Shown here: piece by piece, positions 8,961-17,082 of the stretch
Layout: every line of letters starts with the position of its first letter
Numbering within the stretch: the first letter of the stretch is position 1
Source of the DNA: an uncultured Bacteroidales bacterium
GTDB lineage: Bacteria > Bacteroidota > Bacteroidia > Bacteroidales > VadinHA17
DNA: 64,000 nucleotides
Reading direction: 5' to 3'
Assembly: GCA_963739685.1 (NCBI GenBank)
Contig: CAVUAX010000002.1
Span: 712,323-776,322, forward strand
The notes under the pieces: generated by a model
The model's input: the letters and a program-made list of their open reading frames with translations, nothing else
Database searches by the model: none
What the model was told of the DNA's origin: nothing
Program-made: the position numbers and the translations under genes

Positions 8961-9608
8961 ATGCCTATTTATAACCTTCCAGGTAAAGTCTGTTTATTTA
9001 TTACTTTAATAGTTTTTACTACAGGGTGTCAAAATAAGACAACTGATAAAAATTCGTGGCCCACTTCTTTACTATTAATGCCCGACGGATTAAAACAGGA
9101 ACAGGTGCCTGATCCAAACTCAGAAGGGGCCAGGTTGACTGTCCTGTATTGTTCTCAATGCCATGGGACTCCATATCCGTCCGGACATAGTGCATCTGAC
9201 TGGGTCGTAATCATGAGGCGGATGATTTTACTAATGCAAAAATCAGAATATATGGGTTCAGGTGGAGGAATGATGGGGAGAAGAAATATGCCAATGGGAA
9301 TGATGAGAGCAAAAGTGCCCACTCGTGCTGAACAAAAAGAAATTCTTACATATTTACAGGCCCATAGCCTGAAATCTATCCAGGAAAATGAACTGCCGGA
9401 TATATCAAGCACTATTGCAGAAGAATATAAAAATAAATGTTCCATTTGTCATGCGCTTCCTTCTCCCTATCAACATACTGCAGAGGAATGGCCTGCAGTA
9501 GTGGAACGAATGCGTAAGCATATGAAAGACCAAAATATTGCAGCGCTGACAGACGATGAAGCAAACTCGCTTACAAAATATTTACAAAATGCTGTTCAAA
9601 ATAAATAA
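8961..9608 (+). CDS. Dihaem c-type cytochrome lipoprotein with a Met-rich linker
   Basis: The track ORF starts at TTG 8925; I prefer the ATG at 8961. A lipobox-like FTTGC is present. There are two CxxCH motifs (CSQCHG, CSICHA), each followed by the same W..V..RM pattern. MQKSEYMGSGGGMMGRRNMPMGMMRAK lies between them. Confidence 0.8.
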   Translation: MPIYNLPGKVCLFITLIVFTTGCQNKTTDKNSWPTSLLLMPDGLKQEQVPDPNSEGARLTVLYCSQCHGTPYPSGHSASDWVVIMRRMILLMQKSEYMGSGGGMMGRRNMPMGMMRAKVPTRAEQKEILTYLQAHSLKSIQENELPDISSTIAEEYKNKCSICHALPSPYQHTAEEWPAVVERMRKHMKDQNIAALTDDEANSLTKYLQNAVQNK

Positions 9609-9738
9609 TAATTGGAATGAAAGGTAAACAGTCATGCTACCCTAATTTTCTAAAATAACTCTGATCAGGCTTCAGATACAAGAATCATAAAAATTTAATT
9701 CAAAGTCATCAGGCAACAGTTTCTTCAGTTGTGATGTT

Positions 9739-11028
9739 TTATAACAGTATTCCTGCTAAGGATGCTGAAATATAGGATGCCATTGTTCCACAAAGCATTG
9801 CTTTTAATCCAAGTCGTGCAAGATCAGCTTTGCGGGTTGGTGCAATTGCACCAATTCCTCCAATCTGAATGGCTACCGAACTGAAATTTGCAAATCCGCA
9901 TAAAGCAAAACTGGCAATTACAACCGCCCTGGCACTTAATGCACTCTGACTTATCATAGGAGCCATGTCGGAATAAGCAACAAATTCGTTAATGACCATC
10001 TTTGTACCCAAAAGGGAACCAACTGAAAGCGATTCCGAAGGAGGCACTCCCATTACTATCGCAAACAGGCTGAAAATTAACCCAAAAACATCTTTAAGCC
10101 TAAGATGATCCAGATTCAGTCCGACCGCTTCAAGCGATAATCCTGTCCATGCAAGGAAATGCCCGAAATAACCAAGCAGTGCATCAATTAAAGCAATAAG
10201 AGCAATTACACCAATAAGCATTCCTATAACATTTATTGAAATTTTCATCCCGTCACTTGCTCCATGCGAAATTGCATCCATTATATTGGAGTATTGTGTT
10301 TTTACTTCAAGTTTCACTATGCCTTTGGTTTCTGACTCTTCCGTTTCAGGAAAAACAATTTTCGAGATAACCAGTGCACCCGGGGCAGCCATCAGACTGG
10401 CTGCCAAAAGGTATGATGCGGGGATTCCCATTGAAATATAAACAGCCATTACACCCCCTGCGATACACGCCATACTACCCGTCATGGAGGCAAGTAATTC
10501 CGATCTTGTCATACCTGCGAGGTAGGGACGTATCATTATCTGAGCTTCCACCTGACCAACAAAAGCGCTTGCCACATTCGAAAGGGCTTCACTTCCGCTT
10601 ACCCTCATCGCCCAGTGTACAAACCTTGCAATAACTGCAATAACTCTTTGCATTAATCCTATGTGATAAGCCATGGCAACAAGGACGCATACAAAAATAA
10701 TAGTCGGAAGTAATATGAAAAGAAAGACACCACTCCTTGCCACACCGGCAGGAAGGATCTCGGTGACTTTTGTGAGATCTCCAAAAACAAATAGCGCCCC
10801 TTCCTTTGAAAAATCGAGTAGTTTATTAACAGCTTTCCCCAACCAGAAGAAAATATCCTGACCAATAGGAACCTTAAGAATAAATATAGCGAGAGCTGTC
10901 TGTAAAATCAAACCTGTACCAACAAGCCGGTAATTAATTTTTCTGCGATTATTCGACCATAAGAATGCCAGTCCAAGGATAATGATTATTCCTGTAATAC
11001 CAGTAAATCGTCCCATGTATACTTCCAT
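9739..11028 (-). CDS. nupC: NupC/CNT family concentrative nucleoside transporter
   Basis: 429 aa polytopic membrane protein. The N-terminus GITGIIIILGLAFLWSNNRRKINYRLVGTGLILQTALAIFILK and the overall layout are typical of the CNT family. Confidence 0.8.
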   Translation of the reverse strand: MEVYMGRFTGITGIIIILGLAFLWSNNRRKINYRLVGTGLILQTALAIFILKVPIGQDIFFWLGKAVNKLLDFSKEGALFVFGDLTKVTEILPAGVARSGVFLFILLPTIIFVCVLVAMAYHIGLMQRVIAVIARFVHWAMRVSGSEALSNVASAFVGQVEAQIMIRPYLAGMTRSELLASMTGSMACIAGGVMAVYISMGIPASYLLAASLMAAPGALVISKIVFPETEESETKGIVKLEVKTQYSNIMDAISHGASDGMKISINVIGMLIGVIALIALIDALLGYFGHFLAWTGLSLEAVGLNLDHLRLKDVFGLIFSLFAIVMGVPPSESLSVGSLLGTKMVINEFVAYSDMAPMISQSALSARAVVIASFALCGFANFSSVAIQIGGIGAIAPTRKADLARLGLKAMLCGTMASYISASLAGILL

Positions 11029-11042
11029 AAATGAGTCATCCT

Positions 11043-11050
11043 CAAACCTA
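11043..11050 (-). promoter_or_regulatory. Candidate -7 box TAGGTTTG for nupC
   Basis: The reverse complement of CAAACCTA matches TAnnTTTG, 15 nt upstream of the ATG at 11028. Confidence 0.35.
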
Positions 11051-11151
11051 CATCTTTTTTAATATTTTGCCAAAGTTTAATTAAAAAGGTTCTGAATACA
11101 GCAGGAATTATACCCGAACAATGAAAAGATTACACCAAAAAGTGCATGGGT

Positions 11152-11412
11152 TTAACCTGTACATTCTGAATTTCTGTACAGGACTTCAAAGAATCTGCCC
11201 ATTTTTTTAATATTAATCTGTTCCCCGGTAGGCACAAGTTCGGGATGGTTTTTTTTGAAAAATCCTGGAAGAATGGCGTCTTTAATGCGTCCGGAATACA
11301 ACTTTGCGGTTTTTTCCTTTTGGATTTCCAGTGAATGGCGACTCCAATTTGTAAAACCCCGTTTAAACCCGTGAAGAAATCGACCTTCACTGGAATGGCA
11401 TGGTATGTACAA
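11152..11412 (-). CDS. Hypothetical small protein (weak call)
   Basis: 86-codon ORF starting at TTG. The frame stays open further upstream into the stop of the preceding gene. I recognise no motif. A competing overlapping ORF (11130-11435) looks less protein-like. Confidence 0.3.
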   Translation of the reverse strand: MYIPCHSSEGRFLHGFKRGFTNWSRHSLEIQKEKTAKLYSGRIKDAILPGFFKKNHPELVPTGEQINIKKMGRFFEVLYRNSECTG

Positions 11413-11456
11413 TGCTGTGACGATCCTGTTAACATTCCCGTGAATTGGCAGGGTTG

Positions 11457-12260
11457 TTACCTGTAAACACCTACCTGTCCATGTCTGGGAATAGCTCTGT
11501 AAATTATTTTTGCATCAGCCCGGTTGATCCATATCTTTATAAAAGGATGGTATTCCGGAATCTTAAGAACGATTGCCCTCTTAATTGAGCTGAGGGTATT
11601 TAGAAGCCTGTCATGCAGATCAAAGAAGAATATATGTATCCTGGTCCCTGCATTTAACTCATCATCCTGATAAAAATATATACGTATCCCGTTATTCATG
11701 TTAAGAATATAGCTAACAGGTTCATAATCTGCGGTATCTGGTATGACATCAGGTTGATATTCAGAGGTATCTTTCGGCGCCATTGAAATCATAAACGGTT
11801 CCTTCCTAATTGATGAAATATCATTTGCGGTAGTCAGTGGTGCAGAGAGCATTGACGAGATAATAAATTCATTGCCTTTCTCAAGTATCCTGCTCATTTT
11901 CAGATGTGCTATTTTTGCAGTATGGACCACCACCCCGCTTATTTCAAGATTTACTGTACTATCAGGAAGATTTATGGTAAGATAGATTGAATCTGTGGCC
12001 GCCATCAGATTTCTCGATTGGAGAAAAGCCTTTTCTTTTAGTAATTTCAGATATGTTGAATCAGAAAATATTCTTTCGTCAACTTTTGTTTTCCCTTTCT
12101 GTTTATTAGCAAACTCAGCGGTCAACTCTTTCATCTTTTCGCCGGGGCTCAGTAATGACATTACGGTATAGTAAACAACAATAACTAGCAGCAGAATTAT
12201 TATTATAAACATTCCTCTCTTTTTCCGGTATGGGTTTGTAAATCTTTCTTCTGTTTCCAT
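11457..12260 (-). CDS. Membrane-anchored hypothetical protein, last long gene of the L,D-transpeptidase cluster
   Basis: 267 aa with an N-terminal TM helix (MFIIIILLLVIVVYYTVMSLL). No catalytic motif is recognised. It lies 10 nt downstream of the preceding gene, consistent with co-transcription. Confidence 0.6.
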   Translation of the reverse strand: METEERFTNPYRKKRGMFIIIILLLVIVVYYTVMSLLSPGEKMKELTAEFANKQKGKTKVDERIFSDSTYLKLLKEKAFLQSRNLMAATDSIYLTINLPDSTVNLEISGVVVHTAKIAHLKMSRILEKGNEFIISSMLSAPLTTANDISSIRKEPFMISMAPKDTSEYQPDVIPDTADYEPVSYILNMNNGIRIYFYQDDELNAGTRIHIFFFDLHDRLLNTLSSIKRAIVLKIPEYHPFIKIWINRADAKIIYRAIPRHGQVGVYR

Positions 12261-12270
12261 AATATTCAGG

Positions 12271-13083
12271 TCAGAAAATATATACTTTGGAACCGATGCT
12301 CAAAGTATTGAATATCAATTTAAGATCTTCATCATTCAACCTGACGCACCCGTGTGTGACAGGCATCCCAAGAAAGCGTTTATAAATTGTCCCATGGATA
12401 AGGTAACCATCACCCAGGGCCATGGCATAATCACCCAGGACACCATATTCATATCTTGACGGGTCGTTTTGCGAAGGTATAGGTGCTCCTTCTTCAACAA
12501 ATGACCAGTCAGGCCTCCTCCACGTAGGATGGATAGTCTTTCCCTGAATATGAAATTTTCCTTTTGGCGTCTTGAATATCCAGCTTTTTCCCCATTGCGT
12601 TTGTAACAATTTATAGCTCCCCGAACTACAGAATCCTTCCCTGATAAGCTTTTTATTCCTGTAAAGGAGAAACCTGTTATCAGTTGTGTTTATTACAATA
12701 TAGGATTGTCCGGATGAAAATGCATTATATTTTCTTGACAATCTCTGAATATCCCTGGTCATCAATCCTATCTGTTTTTTATATGAAGCATCCTTTTTAA
12801 GTCCGGTTGAGCCGACAGCATAAATCTTTCTGCCACCGGCGAGTTCCTGTAAGGAGGGTACAATATATATAATGAATATAAAAAGAAAAATAATTGTAAC
12901 AATTGTTACAAAAATGGTGAGAGTATTCCGAAAGATTTGCATAAACCGCGTGTTTTCCAAGAGCTTCCTCCGGAAGGAATTTAAAATATTAATTATTCCA
13001 TAATTTTCCCGAACAGCAGACTCGTTCCTGCTTTGGCTTGCACCGGATTGCTCAGTAATATTATGCATCTCGTCATTTACCAT
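12271..13083 (-). CDS. L,D-transpeptidase (YkuD family), membrane anchored
   Basis: TM helix near the N-terminus. The C-terminal catalytic signature is YLIHGTIYKRFLGMPVTHGCVRLNDEDL (H...HGC-V-R). Confidence 0.85.
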   Translation of the reverse strand: MVNDEMHNITEQSGASQSRNESAVRENYGIINILNSFRRKLLENTRFMQIFRNTLTIFVTIVTIIFLFIFIIYIVPSLQELAGGRKIYAVGSTGLKKDASYKKQIGLMTRDIQRLSRKYNAFSSGQSYIVINTTDNRFLLYRNKKLIREGFCSSGSYKLLQTQWGKSWIFKTPKGKFHIQGKTIHPTWRRPDWSFVEEGAPIPSQNDPSRYEYGVLGDYAMALGDGYLIHGTIYKRFLGMPVTHGCVRLNDEDLKLIFNTLSIGSKVYIF

Positions 13084-13094
13084 TTCATAATTTT

Positions 13095-14207
13095 TTATCT
13101 TTTCAGAATATTCAGAAGATCAACCGAGGAGCCGACAATTGTAACCGGTGTTCCCACTTTAGCAATTACATAAATTATATCCATCTCTCTGTCGGTAAGT
13201 GCAACACAGCCTTCCGTCCAATCAATACCCTTCCCCCCGTTACCATGTATTTCAATCAGCTCTCCGATTTTGGATGAAGCAGGCATGGTTCCATTGGCCA
13301 CCTCCTGTCTGAAGTTTTTCAGATCTTCTTCATTGGGATAATCAAGCAATAAAGCTTTATAATATCTTGTTTTGTTTGATTCAAATTTTCTGGTTATTTT
13401 ATACATCCCCTCTGGTGTTGCTTGATCACCCCTCATTCTTTTGTCCCCAACCCAGTTCCTGCCAAGTTCAGCATCAAATTCATACTTTCTGATGCCATTC
13501 TGATAAACATAAAATTTTCTTGATACTTTGTCAATAATAATTGAATAACTGTGGTTCTTCTTAGACTCTTTAATGGTGGCATCGATCCATTTTCTCCAGA
13601 GTGGGTATGAGTGGAAATAGTTTTTAAGGTTTGTGAGTGAATTCTCATAAGATCCTGTAAGCAGGTATTCAGAATCGGTGATTTTCCGGTTTGCAGGCAG
13701 ATATTGACCTCTGTCAAAATCAGATTCAGCCTCTTCCAGCAGAAGTTTTCCCTGTGAGATCCGGTTCCTCAGTTCAGAAGTAAGCGGGTATGTATTGAAT
13801 AAATAATTAATATCTTTTACGAGGTTATTAAGAGAATCTAATTTCAGTTTTACTTTAATTTTGAGATATGAAATACTGTTTTTTGAGTTTTCAGAGGCCT
13901 GACCTGCCTTTTCTAAAGATAATTCTGCATCCTTAGCCACTCTATCATAATCTCTGAAATAAATGAATTTTTTATTCTCCATGCTCCAGTTAGCCATGGC
14001 AGAATCATAAAAGTTTTTTGCTTCAGCATAGAGCTTTCTGGAGTATGTTGGAGCATTGTCCCTTCCTGCTTTTGATAAAATCTCCTGTGCAGCTTTCATC
14101 TTGTCAACAGGAGGTTCCGGAACAATTTTTATTAAAATCAATACCAGAAACGATAAAAACGTCGTAATGACAACAGTTATCAGTCCAATTTTCCCGATGT
14201 TTCTCAT
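13095..14207 (-). CDS. L,D-transpeptidase family protein with a long N-terminal helical region
   Basis: N-terminal TM helix followed by a helical region of about 200 aa. The YkuD-like C-terminus reads FYVYQNG...ATPEGMYKI...IEIHGNGGKGIDWTEGCVALTDREMD. Confidence 0.8.
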   Translation of the reverse strand: MRNIGKIGLITVVITTFLSFLVLILIKIVPEPPVDKMKAAQEILSKAGRDNAPTYSRKLYAEAKNFYDSAMANWSMENKKFIYFRDYDRVAKDAELSLEKAGQASENSKNSISYLKIKVKLKLDSLNNLVKDINYLFNTYPLTSELRNRISQGKLLLEEAESDFDRGQYLPANRKITDSEYLLTGSYENSLTNLKNYFHSYPLWRKWIDATIKESKKNHSYSIIIDKVSRKFYVYQNGIRKYEFDAELGRNWVGDKRMRGDQATPEGMYKITRKFESNKTRYYKALLLDYPNEEDLKNFRQEVANGTMPASSKIGELIEIHGNGGKGIDWTEGCVALTDREMDIIYVIAKVGTPVTIVGSSVDLLNILKR

Positions 14208-14225
14208 TTAACCATTTTCACATTT

Positions 14226-14257
14226 AAAAAACCCCCGGGAAATACCCGGGGGTTTTT
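14226..14257 (-). terminator. Rho-independent (bidirectional-looking) terminator after the lipoprotein gene
   Basis: AAAAAA-CCCCCGGG-AAATA-CCCGGGGG-TTTTT: an 8-bp GC stem flanked by A and T runs. Confidence 0.8.
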
Positions 14258-14283
14258 CAGATATTGAACTTACCCCTTGATTT

Positions 14284-14874
14284 TTATCTTCTGACTTTTG
14301 CAATAGCGTCTTTAAGTTCAGTGTTGATACCGGCTGCTCTGTCTTTTGCAGCTTTTACTTTGTTCAGTGCATCCATATATGCACCTTTATCATACAAGTC
14401 CTGAGCATCTGCTACGGATGTATCGATTGTTGCAATTTCTGATTTAATCTGCTCCAGAACCGCGGCGCCTTCTTTTCCTCTTGGAGCCTTTTTAATGAGC
14501 TGAGCGTTTTCATTAATAACAGCTTTGATATCTGTCAATAACGTTTCGGCTTCTTTCTTAACCTCTTCTTTCTTAGAAACGGCATCAGCCGCAACCTTAT
14601 TTGCAAGAGTTAAAGTCTTGTCAAGATCAACTTTAACAGTACCAAAATTCTTAAATAACTTTGATTTTTGTACTTCAACTTTTGCCATTACAACATTCAT
14701 TGAATCCTGTAATGCACTGAACTGCGCGGGCAGGTAAACAGGAGCTTCCGCAGTTTTTGCAGCCTCTATAGCTGCCTTAGTAGCATCAATCTGAGCTTGT
14801 GGGGCTTTCCCGCAACTTGATAGAAAAGCAACCATTACTATAGCTGCCATTCCCATTAAAACATTTTTCTTCAT
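14284..14874 (-). CDS. Ala/Lys-rich helical lipoprotein
   Basis: Signal peptide with lipobox LSSCGK. The 196-aa sequence has an alpha-helical, coiled-coil-like composition. Confidence 0.7.
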   Translation of the reverse strand: MKKNVLMGMAAIVMVAFLSSCGKAPQAQIDATKAAIEAAKTAEAPVYLPAQFSALQDSMNVVMAKVEVQKSKLFKNFGTVKVDLDKTLTLANKVAADAVSKKEEVKKEAETLLTDIKAVINENAQLIKKAPRGKEGAAVLEQIKSEIATIDTSVADAQDLYDKGAYMDALNKVKAAKDRAAGINTELKDAIAKVRR

Positions 14875-14956
14875 TTTTTAACCTTTTAAATACTTTGTTT
14901 CTTTTTAAACTTTCGATTTACATATGTTAACCGGTTAAGTCTTAAAAATTACGGTG

Positions 14957-14964
14957 CAAAGGTA
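14957..14964 (-). promoter_or_regulatory. Candidate -7 box TACCTTTG for the lipoprotein gene
   Basis: The reverse complement of CAAAGGTA matches TAnnTTTG, about 83 nt upstream of the ATG at 14874. Confidence 0.35.
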
Positions 14965-15046
14965 CTTGTTTTTAGGAAGATAACAAGAAGAATCAGTTTA
15001 ATCTTAAATGATTGGAGTGATCCCAATTTTTTACCGCTCCCGGATT

Positions 15047-15366
15047 TTCTTCACTCGTTGGTAAAACTCCGGTCGGTCATGATCCCCGGTGGGGAGTCCT
15101 GCAAAGGCAAATCAAACCCTGACGGGTTACAGGGATTACGACCTCACTTCGTTCGTTCGTGATCCCCGGTGGGGAGTCCTGCAAAGGCAAATCAAACCCT
15201 GACGGGTTACAGGGATTACGACCTCACTTCGTTCGTTCGTGATCCCCGGTGGGGAGTCCTGCAAAGGCAAATCAAACCCTGACAGTTTTCAGGGATTACG
15301 ACCTCACTTCGTTCGTTCGTGATCCCCGGTGGGGAGTCCTGCAAAGGCAAATCAAACCCTGACGGG
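15047..15366. repeat. Second array of the same 80-bp repeat in inverted orientation, 3 intact units plus 1 decayed unit
   Basis: Intact units lie at 15287-15366, 15207-15286 and 15127-15206. In unit 15047-15126 only about 15077-15126 still matches. All units carry the CCCCACCGGGG variant. Confidence 0.95.
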
Positions 15367-15371
15367 TTAAT

Positions 15372-15432
15372 ATTTATTTTACCGAAACTCCTTCAGAAAG
15401 CAAGCTTTCTTCGGAGCCCCGGTAAAATAAAT
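15372..15432. repeat. 61-nt imperfect palindrome in the tRNA trailer (right copy)
   Basis: Reverse complement of 8125-8185. Confidence 0.85.
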
Positions 15433-15452
15433 AACCCCGCTGGCGCGGGGTT
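15424..15452 (-). terminator. Rho-independent terminator of tRNA-Ser(GCU)
   Basis: Same AACCCCGC-GCCA-GCGGGGTT plus ATTTATTTT sequence as at 8105-8133, here on the minus strand. Confidence 0.75.
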
Positions 15453-15464
15453 TGATTTGCCTGT

Positions 15465-15552
<88 letters not shown>

Positions 15553-15622
15553 AGTCTAATCCTGACTATCTACACCTTTAACCTCCGAAGGAGGGTCAGC
15601 CATCTTGTCTGACTGAGCGCGA

Positions 15623-15630
15623 CAAAAATA
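15623..15630 (-). promoter_or_regulatory. Candidate -7 box TATTTTTG for tRNA-Ser(GCU)
   Basis: The reverse complement of CAAAAATA matches TAnnTTTG. It would imply a 5' leader of about 65 nt. Confidence 0.4.
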
Positions 15631-15670
15631 GGCAAACAAGTATAAAGTGCAAAATAAATCAATTATTTAT

Positions 15671-17059
15671 TTAAACCCTTTTTAAAAGTACAACATTTTC
15701 AACGTGATGAGTATGGGGGAACATATCAACAGGCTGTACATTTGTAACCTGATAATTTTGTGAAAGCAATAAGATATCACGTGCCTGTGTTGAGGGATTG
15801 CAGCTTATATAGACTATTTTCTCCGGAGCCGCATACAATATCGCTTTTAAAACATCTTCATGCATCCCTGCCCTTGGAGGATCGGTAATAATTACGTCGG
15901 GCTTTCCGTTTAACATTATAAATTGCTCATTAAGGATATCTTTCATATCACCTGAAAAGAAAGACGTATTGCTTATATTATTAATTCTGGAATTTATTAT
16001 TGCATCCTTTACGGCTTCATCAATATATTCAATACCGGTAACTCTGCCGGCATAAGGTGCAATAAAGTTGGCAATCGTTCCGGTACCTGAATAAAGATCA
16101 TAAACATTCTCTTTTCCCGACAAACCTGCAAATGTCAAGGCAATCCGGTACAATGCCAATGCCTGAACAGTGTTTGTCTGATAAAACGATTTGGGACCTA
16201 TCCTGAATTTCAAACCATCCATCTCTTCAACCAGATGATCTTCACCCTTATACAGGACCGGATACTGATCAGCAAGAGAATCATTTCTCTTGGAATTGAT
16301 AACATAAAACAGCGAAGTTACCTGCGGAAATTCCGATGCAATATGATCAAGAAGACCATTTCTCCTCTCCTCTTCATCATGAAAGAAAACAACTATCACC
16401 ATTACTTTTCCTTCAAGGGAGTTTCGTATAACCAGGTTCCTTAAAAATCCGGTTTGTTCTCTCAGATTAAAAAAAGAAAGTCCTTTTCTGTGAGCATATC
16501 TCCTTACACTGTTTCTGATAGAATTGGAGGGTTCCGGCTGGAGGTGACATTCACTAATGTCCAGCACTTTATCAAAAAATCCCGGAATATGAAATCCAAG
16601 CGCATCCTCTTTACCAAAATCATTATCAGATCTGATCTCATCTGGTGTTAACCATCTCCTGTCTGAAAATGTGTATTCAAGTTTATTCCTGTAAAGGAAT
16701 TCCAATGAGGATCCAAGTATAGGCTCATGTACAGGCAGATCAGCCTTTCCTATTCTTGTCAGAGTATCAATTACCTGCTTTTCCTTATATTTAAGCTGCA
16801 ACCTGTAAGGAAGATGCTGCCACCTGCAGCCTCCGCAAATACCAAAATGGATGCATCGTGGTGCAACCCTGTCAGGTGAGTATTCATGAAATTTAACCAC
16901 CATTCCTTCAAGGTACTTTTTCCTTTTTTTTAATACCCTGAGGTCAACAATATCCCCCGGAATAACCATCGGAACGAATACCACCAGATTCTCTACCCGT
17001 GCAAGAGCATTCCCTTCTGCCCCGATGTCAGTTATTTTCACTTTTTCAAGCAGTGGCAT
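15671..17059 (-). CDS. rlmD: 23S rRNA (uracil-C5)-methyltransferase RlmD/RumA
   Basis: TRAM-like N-terminus, Fe-S cysteines CIHFGICGGCRWQH, SAM motif DLYSGTGTI, DPPRAG, and catalytic ISCNPST. I prefer the ATG at 17059; the track start at 17077 is GTG. Confidence 0.88.
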   Translation of the reverse strand: MPLLEKVKITDIGAEGNALARVENLVVFVPMVIPGDIVDLRVLKKRKKYLEGMVVKFHEYSPDRVAPRCIHFGICGGCRWQHLPYRLQLKYKEKQVIDTLTRIGKADLPVHEPILGSSLEFLYRNKLEYTFSDRRWLTPDEIRSDNDFGKEDALGFHIPGFFDKVLDISECHLQPEPSNSIRNSVRRYAHRKGLSFFNLREQTGFLRNLVIRNSLEGKVMVIVVFFHDEEERRNGLLDHIASEFPQVTSLFYVINSKRNDSLADQYPVLYKGEDHLVEEMDGLKFRIGPKSFYQTNTVQALALYRIALTFAGLSGKENVYDLYSGTGTIANFIAPYAGRVTGIEYIDEAVKDAIINSRINNISNTSFFSGDMKDILNEQFIMLNGKPDVIITDPPRAGMHEDVLKAILYAAPEKIVYISCNPSTQARDILLLSQNYQVTNVQPVDMFPHTHHVENVVLLKRV

Positions 17060-17082
17060 TTCTGTTTTTCGACCCACTTTCT

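Noticed and set aside
11130-11435. 101-aa ORF overlapping the 86-aa ORF downstream of the transpeptidase cluster
   Set aside because: It is mutually exclusive with 11152-11412, and its composition looks less protein-like. Neither ORF has a recognisable motif, so only the latter is kept, at low confidence.
8679-15046. The cassette as a tRNA-integrated genomic island or prophage
   Set aside because: There is no integrase, excisionase, phage or conjugation gene. The flanking repeats are inverted rather than the direct att repeats expected for tRNA-site integration.
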